From Syntrophorhabdaceae bacterium (GTDB taxonomy: Bacteria; Desulfobacterota; Syntrophorhabdia; Syntrophorhabdales; Syntrophorhabdaceae), in contig OY762209.1 of assembly GCA_963665295.1 (NCBI GenBank), positions 4,320,001-4,384,000 of the forward strand: a stretch of 64,000 bases of DNA, written 5' to 3'. Under the pieces are notes generated by a model. That model searched no databases. It saw only the letters and a program-made list of their open reading frames with translations, and was not told where the DNA came from. Numbering within the stretch: position 1 is the first letter of the stretch; the number at the start of each line of letters is the position of its first letter. A program made the translations under genes and the position numbers. This document shows, piece by piece, positions 28,356-38,717 of the stretch.

Positions 28356-29725
28356 TCCGTGTTCTGATCGTAGACGATGAAGCTAGACTGGTAGAGGCAT
28401 TTCGCGAACAGTTAACGGAAGAGAAAATGCGGGTCCACACCGCATTCCGCGCAGCTGAGGCCCTCTCCCTCGTGAAGAAGGAGACCATCGACGTGGCGGT
28501 TCTCGATATAAACCTTCCCGACATGGACGGTGTCGAACTGCTCACAAAGATCAAACAGAGCGAACCTACCATAGAAGTGATAATGCTCACCGGTTTCGCG
28601 TCAATCACCACGGCGATCCGCTCTATGAAACTGGGAGCGTATGATTATCTCACCAAACCGTGCAAGATGTCCGAACTTTCGAAGGTAATTCTGAAAGCTT
28701 ACGAAAAGAAGATGCTCACTGTGAAAACCATCGTCCTGGAGGAGCAACTCCACAGGGTCGGTGCCCATGACGATTTCATCGGTGTAAGCGATGCCATGAC
28801 AAGAGTAAAGAACACAATATCATTGGTGGCCCCATCCAAGGCCCCTGTCCTCGTCCTGGGAGAAACAGGCACGGGAAAGGAACTCGCCGCCATGGCCATA
28901 CACGACTTGAGCCCCCGGTCAGCGCAACCTTTTGTGACGATCAACTCCAGCACGTTGCAGGAAACTATGCTCGAAAGCGAACTCTTCGGATATAAGAAGG
29001 GCGCCTTTACAGGCGCGGACAGTGACAAGATCGGCCTTCTCGAGATAGCGAATCGCGGCACTTTCTTCGTCGACGAAGTGGGCGACATGGGCCTCAGTAT
29101 ACAGGCCAAGCTTCTCAGGGCCCTTGAGACCGGAGCCTTCAGAAAGCTCGGCGATATCAAGGAAATAAAGGTCGACGTCCGGTTCATATTTGCCACAAAC
29201 AAGGACCTCAAGGTGGAGGTTCAGGAGGGACGGTTCCGGAAGGACCTGTTCTTTCGCATAAATACTTTTGTCATTATCCTCCCTCCTCTACGGGACAAAA
29301 CGGAAGATATCCCTTTGTTGGTCAACTATTTCCTCGCCAAGTTTTCCAAGGGAACGTGGAAGAAGCGTTTCTCCCCGGAAGCAATGAATCTGCTCACCAC
29401 CTATGACTGGCCTGGAAACGTAAGGGAACTCGCCAATGTAATCGAGAGGTCCGTCCTGATGAGCAGCCACCGTGAAGAAATACTTGCGGATGATCTTACG
29501 GAAGGGATACTGAACACCGTTTCATACGAAAAGGATATGGTGGACCCCCGGCCGGCGGCGACGATCATGCCCCTTGCCCGTATGGAGGCAGAATATATTC
29601 AGCGCGTCCTCTCTTCCGTGCGGGGGAACAAAAGTAAGGCCGCCCGTCTCCTGGGAATCAGCCGTAAAGCCCTCTACGATAAGATCGGGGCAGGTATGGA
29701 CGAGACGGACAACGCCTCTGCCTGA
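28352..29725 (+). CDS. Sigma-54-dependent NtrC-family response regulator
   Basis: Receiver domain, GETGTGKE, GAFTGA, WPGNVREL, Fis-type HTH. Confidence 0.95.
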   Translation: MIRVLIVDDEARLVEAFREQLTEEKMRVHTAFRAAEALSLVKKETIDVAVLDINLPDMDGVELLTKIKQSEPTIEVIMLTGFASITTAIRSMKLGAYDYLTKPCKMSELSKVILKAYEKKMLTVKTIVLEEQLHRVGAHDDFIGVSDAMTRVKNTISLVAPSKAPVLVLGETGTGKELAAMAIHDLSPRSAQPFVTINSSTLQETMLESELFGYKKGAFTGADSDKIGLLEIANRGTFFVDEVGDMGLSIQAKLLRALETGAFRKLGDIKEIKVDVRFIFATNKDLKVEVQEGRFRKDLFFRINTFVIILPPLRDKTEDIPLLVNYFLAKFSKGTWKKRFSPEAMNLLTTYDWPGNVRELANVIERSVLMSSHREEILADDLTEGILNTVSYEKDMVDPRPAATIMPLARMEAEYIQRVLSSVRGNKSKAARLLGISRKALYDKIGAGMDETDNASA

Positions 29726-29749
29726 CCTGCGTGACACGGGCGCTTCGTT

Positions 29750-30109
29750 CTAATTCCCGCCCTTGCTCCGCTCTTCCGCTTCCCTCATCCTCAGTTCAAG
29801 AAGGGCGTAACGCTGAATCAACTCTTTGTTAACTTCCTTCACTTTAGATATGGCCATTGAATAATGCATCAGGAGAAATATAAGAAACACGAAGACAATC
29901 CCGAAGACGGCTGTAAGGTAGTAGAACCCGGTAATCCTGCTGATCAATCCTACCAATCCAGGCCAAAGACTGAGGATAGCGATAGCCGAAGATGTGAGAA
30001 GCCACAAAATCGCATATTCCTCTCTCAGCCGCTCCTTCCTGATAAGCTCGAAGGTGGCCGCGAAGAATGCGAGACTTATGATGCCGATAAAGACCTGTAT
30101 CAACAACAT
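29750..30109 (-). CDS. DUF2304-like small membrane protein
   Basis: Three TM helices with LREEYAILW; adjacent to a GT2 gene as is typical. Confidence 0.75.
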   Translation of the reverse strand: MLLIQVFIGIISLAFFAATFELIRKERLREEYAILWLLTSSAIAILSLWPGLVGLISRITGFYYLTAVFGIVFVFLIFLLMHYSMAISKVKEVNKELIQRYALLELRMREAEERSKGGN

Positions 30110-30117
30110 ATTCCCCC

Positions 30118-30816
30118 CTAAGATTTCTTGAAAAGATCAATAAACATGGCAAGCAATACCTTCCCCATATAGTATGCGGCGCGAAGGGGAGTGATTGATG
30201 ATATACCGAACATGCGGTTCTTCATCTTTGTTGCCATCTCCATGACTTTAAAGTGACTCTTGTAGGCAAAAACCAGAGATTCCGGCTCGGGGTAATCCTG
30301 AGGGTACCGGTAGGCAAAGAGCTCAAGGACCTTCCTGTTTATCGCCCTGAATCCGCTTGTCGGATCCTTCACGACAAGGCCCGTCGTCATTTTCAGAAAG
30401 AGAGATATTATCCTTATCCCCACATCCCTCATCACTGATATCTGGTAGCGCGTGTCCTCCACAAACCGGGAGCCGATCACAATATCAACCCCGTCTTCGA
30501 ACAAGGGCCTCACTAACCCCGCAATCTCCTCAGTGGGGTGCTGTCCGTCTCCATCCACCTGCACGCAAGCGTCGTAGCCGTTTGCGAGGGCGTACTTATA
30601 ACCCGTCTGTACCGCCCCTCCGATGCCGAGGTTACAGGGCAATTCGATTACTATGGCTCCACTTTTTTTGGCTTCTTCGGATGTTCTGTCGGATGAACTG
30701 TCGTTGACTACTACCACGTCATAACCGGCACCCAGGGCTTTCACCCCTCTCACCACATCCCCTATGGTGTGTTCCTCGTTGTATGCCGGGATTATGACTG
30801 CTGTCCGCCTATTCAT
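30118..30816 (-). CDS. GT2 glycosyltransferase (DPM-synthase-like)
   Basis: IIPAYNEE, VNDSSSD, VDGDGQH, IGSRF, DPTSGFR. Confidence 0.92.
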   Translation of the reverse strand: MNRRTAVIIPAYNEEHTIGDVVRGVKALGAGYDVVVVNDSSSDRTSEEAKKSGAIVIELPCNLGIGGAVQTGYKYALANGYDACVQVDGDGQHPTEEIAGLVRPLFEDGVDIVIGSRFVEDTRYQISVMRDVGIRIISLFLKMTTGLVVKDPTSGFRAINRKVLELFAYRYPQDYPEPESLVFAYKSHFKVMEMATKMKNRMFGISSITPLRAAYYMGKVLLAMFIDLFKKS

Positions 30817-30828
30817 TGGGCTGCTGTG

Positions 30829-30899
30829 CTGGGGGACCAGGATTCGAACCTAGATAGCCAGATCCAGAGCCTGGCGTCCTGCCGTTAGACGATCCCCCA
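30829..30899 (-). tRNA. tRNA-Gln(CTG), CCA not encoded
   Basis: Minus strand TGGGGGA...CCAGG-CTCTGGA-TCTGG...GGTTCGAATCC...TCCCCCAG. Confidence 0.93.
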
Positions 30900-30915
30900 A
30901 AATCCATATGTGATG

Positions 30916-31290
30916 TCAGCTATCCTTCTTTTCTTTCTTCTGGGTAAGCTCAACTATCGCCATCGGGGCATTGTCGCCTTTCCTGTTCCCAATCTTGAGG
31001 ACTCTCGTATATCCGCCATTTATCGCGGCGTATCGATCCCCTATGTCACTGAAAAGCTTCTTTACCATGTCCTTGTCTCTAAGAAATCCGAAAACAAGTC
31101 TCATGGCGTGCTCGTCTTTTCTCTTTGCAAAGGTGATCAGCCGGTCGGCTACCCTTCTCAACTCCATTGCCTTCATGGTCGTCGTTTTTATACTCTCATG
31201 ATTAAAGAGGGAATTTGCAAGATTCATGAGAAGTGCCCTTCTGTGGCTCTTTCTTCTGTTTAATGTTTTTATTGTCCTTAAATGCCTCAT
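30916..31290 (-). CDS. rplQ: 50S ribosomal protein L17
   Basis: MRH..., IKTT..KA, GGYTR, RKGDNA. Confidence 0.97.
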   Translation of the reverse strand: MRHLRTIKTLNRRKSHRRALLMNLANSLFNHESIKTTTMKAMELRRVADRLITFAKRKDEHAMRLVFGFLRDKDMVKKLFSDIGDRYAAINGGYTRVLKIGNRKGDNAPMAIVELTQKKEKKDS

Positions 31291-31299
31291 GATAAACCT

Positions 31300-32325
31300 C
31301 TATATGTGATCTTTTCGTTTTAACGCTATCTTGTCCAATTCCTCTCTTGAAGGAAAATTATCCACCTTTATCCCAAGCCTGAGACCCATGCATGACAGAA
31401 TCTCTTTTATCTCATTCAACGACTTCCTACCAAAATTCTTCGTCATAAGGATCTCCTGTTCCGTCTTCTGAACAAGCTCCCCAATGTACTTTATGTCCGC
31501 GTTCTTCAAGCAATTCGCACTTCTCACGGACAACTCCAGTTCGTCCACGCTTCTGTAAAGGTTTTCGTTGAACGACTGTTTGTCAAGAACCTTATCTTCT
31601 CCGGCCTCCATATCCTCAAGGTCTTCAAAGCTAATGAACACACGCATCTGCTCCTTGATTATTTTCGCCGCAAATGAAAGGGCATCCAGGGGATTCACGC
31701 TTCCGTTGGTCCATATCTCCATGGTCAGCTTGTCATAATCCGTTCTGAACCCCACCCTCGCCGGTGTCACGTTGTAACTTACCTTCTTAATGGGGGAGAA
31801 TATGGCATCCACTGGAATAGTTCCGATAGGATCGCCCTCATCCCTGTTCTGATCGGCAGCAACATATCCCCTGCCCATCTTCACCTTCATTTCCATGTAT
31901 AATCTCGCATCATCGCTAAGGTTCGCGATGTGATGGTCGGGATTGACAATCTCCACCCCGCCTTCATACGTGATATCACTTGCCTTTACCTCGCCGCCAA
32001 CTTTCTTGTCAATCTTGATGACTTTCGGCCTGTCGTCGGTCATCTTCAATACTACCTTCTTAAGGTTGAGAATCAGCTCGGTTACGTCTTCCTGCACGCC
32101 TCTTACCGTCGAAAACTCGTGATCCACACCATCAACCCATACAGATGTGATAGCGCTCCCCATAATTGAGGAAAGCAACACTCTGCGCAGTGAGTTACCG
32201 ATCGTTATTCCATATCCTCTTTCGAAGGGCTCTGTCGAAAACTTTATATAATTATACTCTTTCTTCTCAATCTCGATCTTCGTTGGCTTGATAAGCTCCT
32301 GCCAATTCTTCTCAAACATATGCAT
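31300..32325 (-). CDS. rpoA: RNA polymerase alpha subunit
   Basis: EPFERGYG.TIGNSLRR, LELSVRSANCL, NFGRKSL. Confidence 0.98.
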   Translation of the reverse strand: MHMFEKNWQELIKPTKIEIEKKEYNYIKFSTEPFERGYGITIGNSLRRVLLSSIMGSAITSVWVDGVDHEFSTVRGVQEDVTELILNLKKVVLKMTDDRPKVIKIDKKVGGEVKASDITYEGGVEIVNPDHHIANLSDDARLYMEMKVKMGRGYVAADQNRDEGDPIGTIPVDAIFSPIKKVSYNVTPARVGFRTDYDKLTMEIWTNGSVNPLDALSFAAKIIKEQMRVFISFEDLEDMEAGEDKVLDKQSFNENLYRSVDELELSVRSANCLKNADIKYIGELVQKTEQEILMTKNFGRKSLNEIKEILSCMGLRLGIKVDNFPSREELDKIALKRKDHI

Positions 32326-32347
32326 ATGCCCTCCTTCGGGGTAAGGA

Positions 32348-32968
32348 CTATCTCGAATAATACTCTACTATGAGCTGTTCCTTTATTGGCATTGTTATGT
32401 CTTCTCTTACCGGCAGAAGTCTGATCACACCTTTCATTGCCTCTTTATCCAACTCTATCCAAGATGGTACCCCGCGCCTGACAACGGACTCAAGGGCGTT
32501 CTTGACCGAGAACAGTTCCTTGTTCTTAACGGCCACCTCATCTCCTTCCTTCACGAGAAACGAGGGTATATTCACTCCCCTTCCGTTTACCATGATGTGT
32601 TTATGAGATACCAACTGTCTCGCTTCCTTCCTCGACGTGGCAAATCCCAATCTGTACACCATGTTGTCAAGTCTTCTCTCCAGCAGCACAAGGAAGTTCG
32701 TCCCCGTAATACCCGCTTTCCTCTCTGCCATGCTGAAGAATCTCTTGAACTGTTTCTCGCTCAGGCCGTAAGTCTTCCTTACTTTCTGTTTCTCCCTCAG
32801 CCTGAGGCCGTATTCCATAAACTTTCCCCTCGTCTCCACATGGACTCCAGGCGGATAGTTCCTCTTCTCTATTTCACACTTTTCCGTATAGCATCTTTCG
32901 CCCTTAAGGAAAAGTTTAACTGCCTCTCTTCTGCACAATCTGCATGATGGTCCTACGTATCTTGCCAA
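32348..32968 (-). CDS. rpsD: 30S ribosomal protein S4 (Zn-binding type)
   Basis: CRLCRRE, LERRLDN, VEYYSR. Confidence 0.98.
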   Translation of the reverse strand: MARYVGPSCRLCRREAVKLFLKGERCYTEKCEIEKRNYPPGVHVETRGKFMEYGLRLREKQKVRKTYGLSEKQFKRFFSMAERKAGITGTNFLVLLERRLDNMVYRLGFATSRKEARQLVSHKHIMVNGRGVNIPSFLVKEGDEVAVKNKELFSVKNALESVVRRGVPSWIELDKEAMKGVIRLLPVREDITMPIKEQLIVEYYSR

Positions 32969-32979
32969 CGCTTCCCTCC

Positions 32980-33369
32980 TTAAACCCTTCTTCTTTTAGG
33001 TGGCCTGCACCCGTTATGCGGTATCGGCGTAACGTCCCGAATCAGATGAATTCTCAGGCCGGCGCTCTGAAGCGCTCTCAATGCCGCTTCCCTCCCGGCC
33101 CCGGGTCCTTTGATGAACACATCGACTGTCCTCATCCCGCTCTCCATCGCCTTCTTGGCTGCGTTCTCCGCGGCAAGCTGCGCTGCGAAAGGCGTGCTCT
33201 TCCTGGAACCCTTGAATCCCACAACCCCGCCGCTCGACCACGATACCACGTTACCCTGAGGGTCGGTAATAGTGATTATTGTGTTGTTAAAGCTCGACTG
33301 GATATAAGCCTCCCCTATGGGCACATTCTTCTTAACCTTCTTCTTGCCTGTCTTCCTGGTTCTCGCCAT
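32980..33369 (-). CDS. rpsK: 30S ribosomal protein S11
   Basis: [26 protein letters not shown]. Confidence 0.98.
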   Translation of the reverse strand: MARTRKTGKKKVKKNVPIGEAYIQSSFNNTIITITDPQGNVVSWSSGGVVGFKGSRKSTPFAAQLAAENAAKKAMESGMRTVDVFIKGPGAGREAALRALQSAGLRIHLIRDVTPIPHNGCRPPKRRRV

Positions 33370-33377
33370 CTACCACC

Positions 33378-33746
33378 TCATTTTTTTCTTTTCATTGACG
33401 TCTTTCTCGGACCCTTTCTCGTACGGGCATTTGTCCTGGTCCTCTGGCCCCGCACCGGCAAGCCTCTCCTGTGCCTCAGGCCCCTGCGACAGCCTATATC
33501 CATCAGTCTCTTGATATTGATACTTACTTCCTTCCTCAGATCGCCTTCGACCTTGTAAGTATTCTCTATGATATCGCGTATCTTTGCGATCTCTTCATCT
33601 GTGAGGGCGTTCGTTCTCTTATCAGGACTAATTCCCGCCTCGGCTATTATCCGGTTCGACAACGCCCTTCCAATCCCATATATATAGGTCAGCGCAATCT
33701 CTATCCTTTTGTCCCTCGGTATATCAACACCTGCGATTCTTGCCAC
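33378..33746 (-). CDS. rpsM: 30S ribosomal protein S13
   Basis: [26 protein letters not shown]. Confidence 0.98.
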   Translation of the reverse strand: MARIAGVDIPRDKRIEIALTYIYGIGRALSNRIIAEAGISPDKRTNALTDEEIAKIRDIIENTYKVEGDLRKEVSINIKRLMDIGCRRGLRHRRGLPVRGQRTRTNARTRKGPRKTSMKRKK

Positions 33747-33757
33747 GTCAATCCTCC

Positions 33758-33871
33758 TTAGCCCTGTTTCTGCTTATGCTTTGGGTTCTCGCATATCACC
33801 CTGAGGACACCCTTCCTCTTGATGATCTTGCACTTATCGCATCTCTTCTTGACTGAAGGCCTTACTTTCAT
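33758..33871 (-). CDS. rpmJ: 50S ribosomal protein L36 (below the ORF-track length cut-off)
   Basis: Translated by hand: [44 protein letters not shown]. Confidence 0.97.
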   Translation of the reverse strand: MKVRPSVKKRCDKCKIIKRKGVLRVICENPKHKQKQG

Positions 33872-33880
33872 CTCTTCCTC

Positions 33881-34099
33881 CTACTTTACCCTGTATATAA
33901 TCCTTCCCCGGCTAAGATCATACGGCGAAAGCTCCACAACGACTTTGTCGCCCCGTAATATCTTAATGTAATGCATCCTCATCTTGCCTGACACATGGGC
34001 AAGCACCTTATGACCGTTGGGAAGTTCCACTCTGAACATAGCGTTCGGCAACGGCTCAATCACTGTCCCTTCTATTTCTATTCCCTCGCCTTTTGGCAT
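33881..34099 (-). CDS. infA: Translation initiation factor IF-1
   Basis: [18 protein letters not shown]. Confidence 0.98.
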   Translation of the reverse strand: MPKGEGIEIEGTVIEPLPNAMFRVELPNGHKVLAHVSGKMRMHYIKILRGDKVVVELSPYDLSRGRIIYRVK

Positions 34100-34106
34100 C
34101 GTACCT

Positions 34107-34859
34107 TCACAGTGCGCTCAATATCTCCGCGCCATTTTCTTTTAAAGCCACCGTATGCTCAAAATGAGCGGAAAGGCTGCCATCCCTTGTGACTGCAGTC
34201 CAACCGTTCTCTTTTATCGCCACGTCGCTTTCCCCCACATTGACCATAGGCTCAATGGCTATCACCAGCCCCTTCTTGAGCCTGGGCCCGGTGCCTCTCT
34301 CACCGTAATTAGGCACCTGTGGGTCCTCATGAAGACTCCTTCCTATTCCATGCCCAACAAACTCCCTCACTACCGAGAATCCGGCCGCCTCCACATGCGA
34401 CTGAACCGCATGAGAGATGTCGTGCAGCCTCTTCCCTCCGCTCGCCGCTTCTATACCTTTATAGAGACTCTCTTCCGTTACTTTCATGAGTCTCTCTGCC
34501 TTCTGTGACACCTTTCCGACTCCGGTGGTGACGGCCACATCGCCGTAATACCCTTCATACTCCACGCCGAAATCGATGCTGACAATGTCACCCTCTCTAA
34601 GCATGCGCTCACCCGGCATACCGTGTACCACTTCGTCGTTCACCGACACGCACAGGCAGAACGGATATCCGCTATAGCCCTTGAAGGCAGCTCTTATCTT
34701 TCCTATACCTCTGATCCTATCTTCACAAAAGCTCTCCAGATCGATAGTCCTCATTCCTTCCCGAACGGCGCCTTTCACTTGCAGAAGTATCTCCATGGCG
34801 TATCTGCTTGCCGTCCTTATTTTCGCTATCTCTCCGGGATCCCTTAATATAATCATCAC
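34107..34859 (-). CDS. map: Methionine aminopeptidase type I
   Basis: [30 protein letters not shown]. Confidence 0.97.
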   Translation of the reverse strand: MMIILRDPGEIAKIRTASRYAMEILLQVKGAVREGMRTIDLESFCEDRIRGIGKIRAAFKGYSGYPFCLCVSVNDEVVHGMPGERMLREGDIVSIDFGVEYEGYYGDVAVTTGVGKVSQKAERLMKVTEESLYKGIEAASGGKRLHDISHAVQSHVEAAGFSVVREFVGHGIGRSLHEDPQVPNYGERGTGPRLKKGLVIAIEPMVNVGESDVAIKENGWTAVTRDGSLSAHFEHTVALKENGAEILSAL

Positions 34860-34925
34860 TCAAACGTATATCCCTCGCCCCACGCCAAAGCCCTCATACC
34901 TGCCCGGCCTTCGGCCTGGTGTACA

Positions 34926-36233
34926 TTATCTCCTGCCCTTGATCCTCGCGGATTTCTTCACGAGACCGTCGTAGTGCCTGAGGATCAGGTGCGATTCGAT
35001 CTGCTGAATCGTATCGAGCGCCACACCCACTACTATGAGCAGCGCAGTTCCTCCGAAGTAAAAAGGCACGTTGAACTTCTTTACCAGCAGGGTGGGCAAT
35101 ACGCACACGAAGGAGATATACACCGCCCCTATGAAGGTTACCCTCGACAGCACTTTTTCGATATACTCCGAGGTCTTTTTCCCCGGTCTGATCCCCGGTA
35201 TATACCCTCCGTACTTCTTCATGTTATCGGCCACATTATCAGGGTTAAAGACAATCGCCGTATAAAAGAAACAGAAGAACACTATAAAACCGATATAGAG
35301 AAGTTCGTGGAGAAAACTTCCCGGCGTCAGATAGCCCGCGAAGGTTTTCATGTACGGATGGTTGATGAAGTTCGCGATGGTCGCAGGAAACATGATTATG
35401 GACGACGCGAATATAGGAGGAATAACGCCCGCTGTATTCACCTTTAAAGGCAGATGGGTAGCCTGCCCGCCATACATCTTTCTTCCCACCACGCGCTTCG
35501 CATACTGCACCGGTATCCTTCTCTGCGACGTCTCCATAAAGACTATGAAGGCCACCACAAAGAACATCATGGCAACTACAAGAATCACTACAAACCAATT
35601 CATTTCACCGCTACTCACAAGGCCCATGGTACTTGCGATCGCATTGGGCATTCTTGCCACAATACCGGCAAAAATGATCAGTGATATGCCGTTGCCTATA
35701 CCCTTCTCTGTAATCTGCTCACCAAGCCACATGATGAACGACGTGCCCGCGGTAAGGGTTATCATGGTCATTAACCTGAATCCCCAGCCCGCGTTGTACA
35801 CCACCAGCTCGCCCGCAGCGCCCCTCATTTGCTCCAGACCGACTGCAATGCCAAACCCCTGAATCAGGCTGATAACCACCGTCCCATACCTTGTGTATTG
35901 GGTAATCTTTTTCCTTCCTGCTTCACCCTCCTTGGAGAGCTTCTCCAGGGTGGGCACTACCACCGTAAGGAGCTGAAGGATAATCGACGCGCTGATGTAG
36001 GGCATGATTCCAAGCGCAAAAATGGAGAGTCTTTCCAGACCTCCGCCCGCAAACATGTCGAAAAACCCGAGCAACGTCCCCCGAGCCCTTTCAAAGATGC
36101 CTGCCAAAACCTTTCCATCTATGCCTGGAGTGGGGATATGCACGCCCACCCTGTATACGGCGAGCAGGACAAGTGTTGCAATTATCCTACGCTTTAGCTC
36201 GGGGATTTTTCCAATATTCTGGAAACCTCCCAT
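34926..36233 (-). CDS. secY: Preprotein translocase subunit SecY
   Basis: ALGIMPYISASII, GNGISLIIF, GVIPPIFA, IPGIRPG. Confidence 0.98.
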   Translation of the reverse strand: MGGFQNIGKIPELKRRIIATLVLLAVYRVGVHIPTPGIDGKVLAGIFERARGTLLGFFDMFAGGGLERLSIFALGIMPYISASIILQLLTVVVPTLEKLSKEGEAGRKKITQYTRYGTVVISLIQGFGIAVGLEQMRGAAGELVVYNAGWGFRLMTMITLTAGTSFIMWLGEQITEKGIGNGISLIIFAGIVARMPNAIASTMGLVSSGEMNWFVVILVVAMMFFVVAFIVFMETSQRRIPVQYAKRVVGRKMYGGQATHLPLKVNTAGVIPPIFASSIIMFPATIANFINHPYMKTFAGYLTPGSFLHELLYIGFIVFFCFFYTAIVFNPDNVADNMKKYGGYIPGIRPGKKTSEYIEKVLSRVTFIGAVYISFVCVLPTLLVKKFNVPFYFGGTALLIVVGVALDTIQQIESHLILRHYDGLVKKSARIKGRR

Positions 36234-36676
36234 TAAACCAATACCTCCACCGTACCGCCCTGTGCCTGTATCTTCTCTATGGCCTTCTTTGATGCCTTAT
36301 GAACAGTAAGTTTGATCGCGAAATCGATCTCTCCGTCGGAGAGCAGCTTTACGCCGTTCTTGATCTGTTTCACAAAACCTGCCTCGAGGATATCCTGAAT
36401 TCCCACTTCTTCCTTACCTCTGAACCTCTCGAGGTCCTCTATCTTAATCACGGCGAACTCGACCCTGAAGGGGCTCTTGAACCCTCTCTTCGGTATCCGT
36501 CTTGTAAGCGGAAGCTGTCCGCCCTCAAAACTCTTGCCTTTCGTACCGCCGCTCGTCGATCTCTGCCCTTTATTTCCATAACCCGCAGTCGTGCCAAGAC
36601 CCGACCCGGTTCCTCTTCCTACACGCTTCCTGCTCTTTTTGGACCCTTCGGATGGCTTTAAGTCAGACAGTTTCAT
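36233..36676 (-). CDS. rplO: 50S ribosomal protein L15
   Basis: GRGTGSG, FEGGQ, IPKRGF. Confidence 0.97.
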   Translation of the reverse strand: MKLSDLKPSEGSKKSRKRVGRGTGSGLGTTAGYGNKGQRSTSGGTKGKSFEGGQLPLTRRIPKRGFKSPFRVEFAVIKIEDLERFRGKEEVGIQDILEAGFVKQIKNGVKLLSDGEIDFAIKLTVHKASKKAIEKIQAQGGTVEVLV

Positions 36677-36862
36677 TTATCGAACATCCTCCACAATTCT
36701 CAAGAGATGCATGACTTTCTTGACCATGCCTCTTATCTCCGGCGTATTCTTCAGAACCCTTTCTTCCTGAAGTTTTCTAAACCCGAGGCTCTTAATCGTA
36801 GCCCTCTGGTCCTCTGTGCGCCCTATATAGCCTTTGACCCATTTCGCTTTCAGGTAGCCCAC
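36677..36862 (-). CDS. rpmD: 50S ribosomal protein L30
   Basis: Position in operon; NTPEIRGMVKKV. Confidence 0.93.
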   Translation of the reverse strand: MGYLKAKWVKGYIGRTEDQRATIKSLGFRKLQEERVLKNTPEIRGMVKKVMHLLRIVEDVR

Positions 36863-36863
36863 G

Positions 36864-37370
36864 TTATCCCTCCTCGCCCTTTGTCTTTCCCCTTTGCTTC
36901 AGTGACACCTCGGGTGACTTCAGTAAGGAAAGCCCTTTAATCGTGGCTTTTACCACGTTATGGTAATTCCTCGACCCATAACATTTCGTCAGTATATTCG
37001 TGATTCCCGCAACCTCAACCACCGCTCTCACCGCTCTACCCGCGATAACGCCCGTGCCTTCCTTTGCCGGTTTCATAAACACCTGACTCGTCCCGTACTT
37101 TTCCATAATCTCGTGGGGAATCGTCCCTCTTACCACGGGAACTTCAACGAGATCCTTCTTGGCCCGTTCCACCGCTTTCCGAATCGCGTCAGGAACTTCA
37201 TTGGCCTTTCCGAGACCGTATCCCACCTTGCCGTTGCCGTCACCAACAACTACAATGGCGCTGAAACTGAACCTTCTTCCGCCTTTGACAACCTTCGCAA
37301 CCCGATTTATGTAAACCAGCCTGTCCTGTAACTCGAGTCCCTCTGTTTCCATACGTTTTTTCTCGACCAA
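36864..37370 (-). CDS. rpsE: 30S ribosomal protein S5
   Basis: [22 protein letters not shown]. Confidence 0.97.
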   Translation of the reverse strand: MVEKKRMETEGLELQDRLVYINRVAKVVKGGRRFSFSAIVVVGDGNGKVGYGLGKANEVPDAIRKAVERAKKDLVEVPVVRGTIPHEIMEKYGTSQVFMKPAKEGTGVIAGRAVRAVVEVAGITNILTKCYGSRNYHNVVKATIKGLSLLKSPEVSLKQRGKTKGEEG

Positions 37371-37384
37371 CAGTTGACCTCCTC

Positions 37385-37750
37385 CTAGAAAATTAACCCG
37401 GCTTCCCTTGCAGCATCTGCGAGCGCCGCTATCCTGCCATGGTATTTAAAACCATTTCTGTCAAATACCACGTGCTCCACTCCCAATGCCTTGGCTTTGG
37501 TCGCTATGTAGTGGCCTACCTTTTTCGCAGCTTCGACGTTTCCGCCATACTTCAACTCTGCCTTAACTTCCTTCGACAGCGTCGATGCGCCTGTGATCAC
37601 TTTGTCTGCGGAGTCGTCTATAAGCTGCACATATATTTCCTTCAGGCTCTTATACACGCACAGTCTCGGTTTTCCCGCAACACCGGATATTTTCTTTCTG
37701 ATCCTCTTTTTTCTACGCGCTCTTGCTTCAGCTATTTTTCTTCTATCCAT
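37385..37750 (-). CDS. rplR: 50S ribosomal protein L18
   Basis: [20 protein letters not shown]. Confidence 0.97.
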   Translation of the reverse strand: MDRRKIAEARARRKKRIRKKISGVAGKPRLCVYKSLKEIYVQLIDDSADKVITGASTLSKEVKAELKYGGNVEAAKKVGHYIATKAKALGVEHVVFDRNGFKYHGRIAALADAAREAGLIF

Positions 37751-37761
37751 TTGAATACCCC

Positions 37762-38298
37762 TTACTTCCCGCTTTTCCCTGCTTTCTTCCTCAGGACTTC
37801 ATCCGCGTACTTCACACCCTTATTCTTATAGACGTCCGGAGCCCTAAGCGCCCTCATCTTCGCCGCTATCTCTCCGATGAGTTCCTTATTTATGCCCCTT
37901 ATGGTGATCAACGTCTGCTTGTCGATCTGAGCTGAAATGCCCTCAGGCAACGCAAAGGAAATCGGGTGCGAATAGCCCAGATAGAAAACAACGTTATCCG
38001 ACTGTATTTCAGCCCTGTAACCTATGCCCACTATCTCAAGCTTCCTCTCAAAGCCTTTGTACACGCCCTCGACCATATTCGCCACGAGCGTCCTCATAAG
38101 TCCATGGAAGCCCTTTATCCTCTTCTCTTCGCTATCCCTCGTTACCGTGACCGTATTGCCGTCAAGGTTGACACGTAAACCCTCCAGGAGCGGCCTTGCC
38201 AGCGATCCTTTCGGTCCCGTTACCATAACCTGACCATCCTTTACTTCCAGCTTCGTGCCTTCCGGCATCTCAATCGGTTTCCTGCCTATCCTTGACAT
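37762..38298 (-). CDS. rplF: 50S ribosomal protein L6
   Basis: MSRIGRKPI, LGYSHP, KKAGK. Confidence 0.97.
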   Translation of the reverse strand: MSRIGRKPIEMPEGTKLEVKDGQVMVTGPKGSLARPLLEGLRVNLDGNTVTVTRDSEEKRIKGFHGLMRTLVANMVEGVYKGFERKLEIVGIGYRAEIQSDNVVFYLGYSHPISFALPEGISAQIDKQTLITIRGINKELIGEIAAKMRALRAPDVYKNKGVKYADEVLRKKAGKSGK

Positions 38299-38305
38299 CG
38301 TAACC

Positions 38306-38707
38306 TCACCAGACCAGGAGAAGGGGTTCCCCTCCCACCTTATTCTTCATTGCGTTTCTATCGGTCATAAGCCCTCTCGATGTGGAAAGGATTACCAGAC
38401 TGAGTCGCGTCTTCAATCCTGCTATACCGTCGGACTTCACATAAACCCTTCTGCCCGGTTTGCTGATCCGTTTCAGCCCGGTTATCACGCTCTTGTTGCC
38501 CTCATCATAGTTGACATACACCTTAAGGAACTTTTTTCGCGCCTCGTCGATGAAGGTCTTGTAATTCCTTATATAACCCTCTTCCTTCATTATCTTGGAG
38601 ATTGCAAGCTTCATATTCGAATAAGGTATATCTACCGACTCATGGCGGGCCATGATCGCATTTCTTATTCTCGTAAGCATATCCGCGATGGGATCTACCA
38701 TAGCCAT
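38306..38707 (-). CDS. rpsH: 30S ribosomal protein S8
   Basis: DPIADMLTRIRNA, SKPGRRVY, GGE. Confidence 0.97.
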   Translation of the reverse strand: MAMVDPIADMLTRIRNAIMARHESVDIPYSNMKLAISKIMKEEGYIRNYKTFIDEARKKFLKVYVNYDEGNKSVITGLKRISKPGRRVYVKSDGIAGLKTRLSLVILSTSRGLMTDRNAMKNKVGGEPLLLVW

Positions 38708-38717
38708 AGGGGCCCCC

